This document shows, in pieces, positions 41,079-43,153 of a DNA stretch of 43,153 bases; the stretch's first letter is position 1; each line of letters opens with the position of its first letter. Made by a program: the position numbers and the translations under genes. Under the pieces are notes generated by a model. The model worked only from the letters and a program-made list of their open reading frames with translations. It did no database searches and was not told where the DNA came from. Origin of the DNA: a virus; the IMG/VR virus record IMGVR_UViG_3300045988_016831; one strand, 5' to 3'.

Positions 41079-41796
41079 CTTTGTGCTGTATACCGAGTAT
41101 ATGGCTCAAATAGAACTCCTAAACATGGAGCAACGGGGCGAACTGCTTACCGCAATCATGAATCATGCGCTTGGCAGAGCGTCACCGGAGTTGGACGCCG
41201 TCACATCAATGGCCTTTAGCTTTATCAGATCCAGAATGGACAGAGACGGCGAAAAGTACGAAAAGACAGTGGAAGCACGAAAAGAAGCCGGTAAGATGGG
41301 CGGTAGGCCTAAAGCAAATGGTTTTTCGGAAAAGCAAACGAAAGCAAAAAAAGCAAATGGTTTTTCGGAAAAGCAAACGAAAGCAAAAAAACCTGTATAT
41401 GATCCTGATAGTGATTGTGATAATGATAAAAATAATATGTCGCCGCCCACAAGTGGGGGCCGCCCTGCATACCAGTATGCGGAGATTATTGATTATCTGA
41501 ATCAAAAAGCCGGGACACGGTACAAACACTCGTCCGAGGATACACGTAAGCATATACGGGCACGTGTCAATGATGGCTATACCCTTGATGACTTTAAGGC
41601 CGTGATTGACCGCAAGGTTGAGGAATGGAAGGGCACGGAGTGGGAAAAGTTTTTGAGACCGTCCACCCTGTTCGGGAGCAAATTCGAAAGCTATTTAAAC
41701 CAGAAAGAGGAGCCAAAAGGAAAAAAGACGGCCTTTAGCAACTTTCCGGAAAGAGATTATGACAAGAGCTTGATGGATAGCCTTGTCGGAAGGTGA
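41068..41796 (+). CDS. Replisome organiser-like protein with a conserved phage C-terminus (Phg_2220_C type)
   Basis: IIDYLNQKAGTRYKHSSEDTRKHIRARVNDGYTLDDFKAVIDRKV..W......FLRPSTLFGSKFESYLNQ. Confidence 0.65.
   Translation: MRDSFVLYTEYMAQIELLNMEQRGELLTAIMNHALGRASPELDAVTSMAFSFIRSRMDRDGEKYEKTVEARKEAGKMGGRPKANGFSEKQTKAKKANGFSEKQTKAKKPVYDPDSDCDNDKNNMSPPTSGGRPAYQYAEIIDYLNQKAGTRYKHSSEDTRKHIRARVNDGYTLDDFKAVIDRKVEEWKGTEWEKFLRPSTLFGSKFESYLNQKEEPKGKKTAFSNFPERDYDKSLMDSLVGR
41314..41391 (+). repeat. Perfect 39-bp tandem duplication inside the replisome-organiser gene
   Basis: gcaaatggtttttcggaaaagcaaacgaaagcaaaaaaa occurs twice, encoding ANGFSEKQTKAKK twice. Confidence 0.95.
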
Positions 41797-41802
41797 GGGA
41801 AA

Positions 41803-42045
41803 ATGACAGAGCAGAAAAAGCAGGAGATCCGGCGGCTGGAAAAGCTGCATGGGGTCAAGGTTGGGGAGCGCGTAAAGCTCCGCATACAGAGTACACTGCG
41901 GGACGAGGAGGTAGACAGTGACGGAGTGCATGAGATTCGCGGCAAGGTCTACCAGGTGTATGAGCGGTTTGTGGTTATCAAGACCAGTTTCGGGACGCAC
42001 CCGAGTTACTTCTGGAGCGATTTTGAAAAATGGAGGGTAGGCTGA
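41803..42045 (+). CDS. Hypothetical protein (80 aa)
   Basis: ORF preceded by GGTGAGGGAAA. Confidence 0.5.
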   Translation: MTEQKKQEIRRLEKLHGVKVGERVKLRIQSTLRDEEVDSDGVHEIRGKVYQVYERFVVIKTSFGTHPSYFWSDFEKWRVG

Positions 42046-42404
42046 TGATTACAGAGGCGGAAAAACTGGAGATTCTGGACGAGCTGGAGAAACGTCTGGA
42101 CGGTCGGCTGAAAAAGATACCGGAGCGAGAGGTGTCCGGAAGGATCCTGAAAGCACCACGGGAAAAATGGTTTAGTGACACTGATGGGTATTGTGGTACA
42201 TCGCTGATGGGCGAGGCATTCGGCTCCGGCCCGATAGCATGGGAAGCGTGGGAAGCCATCAGAAAGCTGACTTGTGCAGTGTGCGGCGTGAGAAAAGTGC
42301 GAGAGCTTAAGACTGTCGAGGAATCCCCGGTAGTTGCAGAAAAGATATGCCAGTATATCTATGACCTGGCGATAGAGTTTAAGGAGGGAAAAGATCATGT
42401 GTAG
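42045..42404 (+). CDS. Hypothetical protein (119 aa)
   Basis: TGATG overlap with the upstream gene. Confidence 0.5.
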   Translation: MITEAEKLEILDELEKRLDGRLKKIPEREVSGRILKAPREKWFSDTDGYCGTSLMGEAFGSGPIAWEAWEAIRKLTCAVCGVRKVRELKTVEESPVVAEKICQYIYDLAIEFKEGKDHV

Positions 42405-43153
42405 ATTTAAAAGTGGGATTATATTCAAAAGCCGGTGCGTGGTAGCTCCTGGAGAAAATGACAGTCACAGCGATTTATTGCGTGAGCTGAACGTTGAAGA
42501 CACTTATACCAACGCGTCAAGGGTATTTGTACGGGCCGAGCTTGTCTCGAAAAATGGTGAATGGTGGACAGACCCGGACGGCTGGGAGTACGTGGTAGAT
42601 CAGGACGTGACGCCGGACTGGTACGATACAGATCCGGGCAAATATGAAGAGGAGTTCCGACAGTCGGTAAAAGCATGGTGGAGTGAACACGTACTTGTAG
42701 ACAAAAAGATTGACGAGCTGTCCGGCGGATACTACAGGTTAAAGCGGTGCGAGGTCAAGAAACTGCTGAATGGTGTTAAAGTATATCTTAACAGCTCCAC
42801 GGTCGGAGAGATGTATGACAGCTCCACGGTCGGAGAGATGTGTGGCAGCTCCACGGTCGGAGAGATGTGGGGCAGCTCCACGGTCGGAGAGATGTGGGGC
42901 AGCTCCACGGTCGGAAAGATGTATGACAGCTCCACGGTCGGAAAGATGTGGGGCAGCTCCACGGTCGGAAAGATGTATGACAGCTCCACGGTCAGAAAGA
43001 TGTATGACAGCTCCACGGTCGGAGAGATGTGGGGCAGCTCCACGGTCAGAAAGATGTATGACAGCTCCACGGTCGGAAAGATGTATGGAAGCTCCACGGT
43101 CGGAGAGATGTGGGGCAGCTCCACGGTCAGAAAGATGTATGACAGCTCCACGG
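42397..43153 (+). CDS. Nonapeptide-repeat protein, N-terminal part (open at the window end; completed by 1..165)
   Basis: AAGGAGGG 8 nt before ATG 42397. There is no stop before the window end, so it is absent from the ORF track. A 132-aa unique domain is followed by SSTV[GR][EK]M[YWC][DG] units. Confidence 0.75.
   Translation, partial: MCRFKSGIIFKSRCVVAPGENDSHSDLLRELNVEDTYTNASRVFVRAELVSKNGEWWTDPDGWEYVVDQDVTPDWYDTDPGKYEEEFRQSVKAWWSEHVLVDKKIDELSGGYYRLKRCEVKKLLNGVKVYLNSSTVGEMYDSSTVGEMCGSSTVGEMWGSSTVGEMWGSSTVGKMYDSSTVGKMWGSSTVGKMYDSSTVRKMYDSSTVGEMWGSSTVRKMYDSSTVGKMYGSSTVGEMWGSSTVRKMYDSST
42793..43153 (+). repeat. 27-bp tandem repeat array (13 full units plus a partial one; the last 2.4 units duplicate nt 1..64)
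   Basis: Units start at 42793 and every 27 nt after. 21 of 27 columns are invariant; variation is limited to columns 13, 16, 23, 24, 26 and 27. Confidence 0.95.

Larger units (their letters stand above)
1..43153. mobile_element. Complete temperate tailed-phage (siphovirus-type) genome, circularly closed contig
   Basis: Full set of integrase, repressor/cro switch, recombination, MTases, terminase, portal, capsid, tail, tape measure, fibre and endolysin genes. No host genes. nt 1..64 identical to 43090..43153. Confidence 0.85.

Noticed and set aside
42732-43151. 139-aa minus-strand ORF listed in the track across the tandem array
   Set aside because: It is the antisense shadow of the repeat (the periodicity keeps every frame open). 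It has no RBS or upstream context, whereas the + strand frame has an AAGGAGGG-ATG start and continues from a unique N-domain.
42793-43153. Possible CRISPR array because of the regular 27-bp repeats
   Set aside because: The units are directly adjacent with no spacers, lie in an open reading frame, and no cas genes are present.
1-43153. Diversity-generating retroelement or retron as an explanation for the patterned variation in repeats and fibre modules
   Set aside because: No reverse-transcriptase-like ORF (no YxDD-containing candidate) and no template/variable repeat pair were seen anywhere in the window.

Overview
The window is one complete, circularly closed temperate siphovirus-type phage or prophage genome: the first 64 nt are identical to the last 64 nt, leaving about 43.09 kb unique. 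The host is probably a Firmicutes/Clostridia bacterium, judged from strong AGGAGG ribosome-binding sites, a large serine integrase and Gp15/minor-capsid-type structural genes. Almost everything is on the + strand. In order: (i) an early DNA-modification/anti-restriction island at 0.4-6.0 kb with ASCH, a radical SAM protein, a beta-class MTase, a DUF4406 deoxyribosyltransferase-like protein, a large C5-MTase and Lar; (ii) a tyrosine recombinase, a small HTH protein and a ParB-MTase fusion; (iii) packaging and head genes (TerL, portal, minor capsid); (iv) an unusual ~4 kb island of orphan genes plus a tRNA and a tRNA-like element, wedged between the minor capsid gene and the scaffold/major capsid genes; (v) head-tail joining, major tail, chaperones, tape measure, tail tip and fibre genes, with the fibre split by one in-frame TAA; (vi) an endolysin; (vii) an AT-rich moron cassette with its own promoter and terminators. 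The lysogeny module at 32.9-36.4 kb is on the - strand: serine integrase, a zinc-ribbon/TM2 membrane protein and two XRE repressors. A Cro-type switch and an early/recombination module follow (Rad52-like annealase, NinB-like protein, resolvase, replisome organiser). The last gene is missing from the ORF track because it runs off the window. It encodes a protein with at least 13 near-perfect 27-bp (nonapeptide) tandem repeats and spans the circular junction. All functional calls come from motif recognition by eye; no searches were run.
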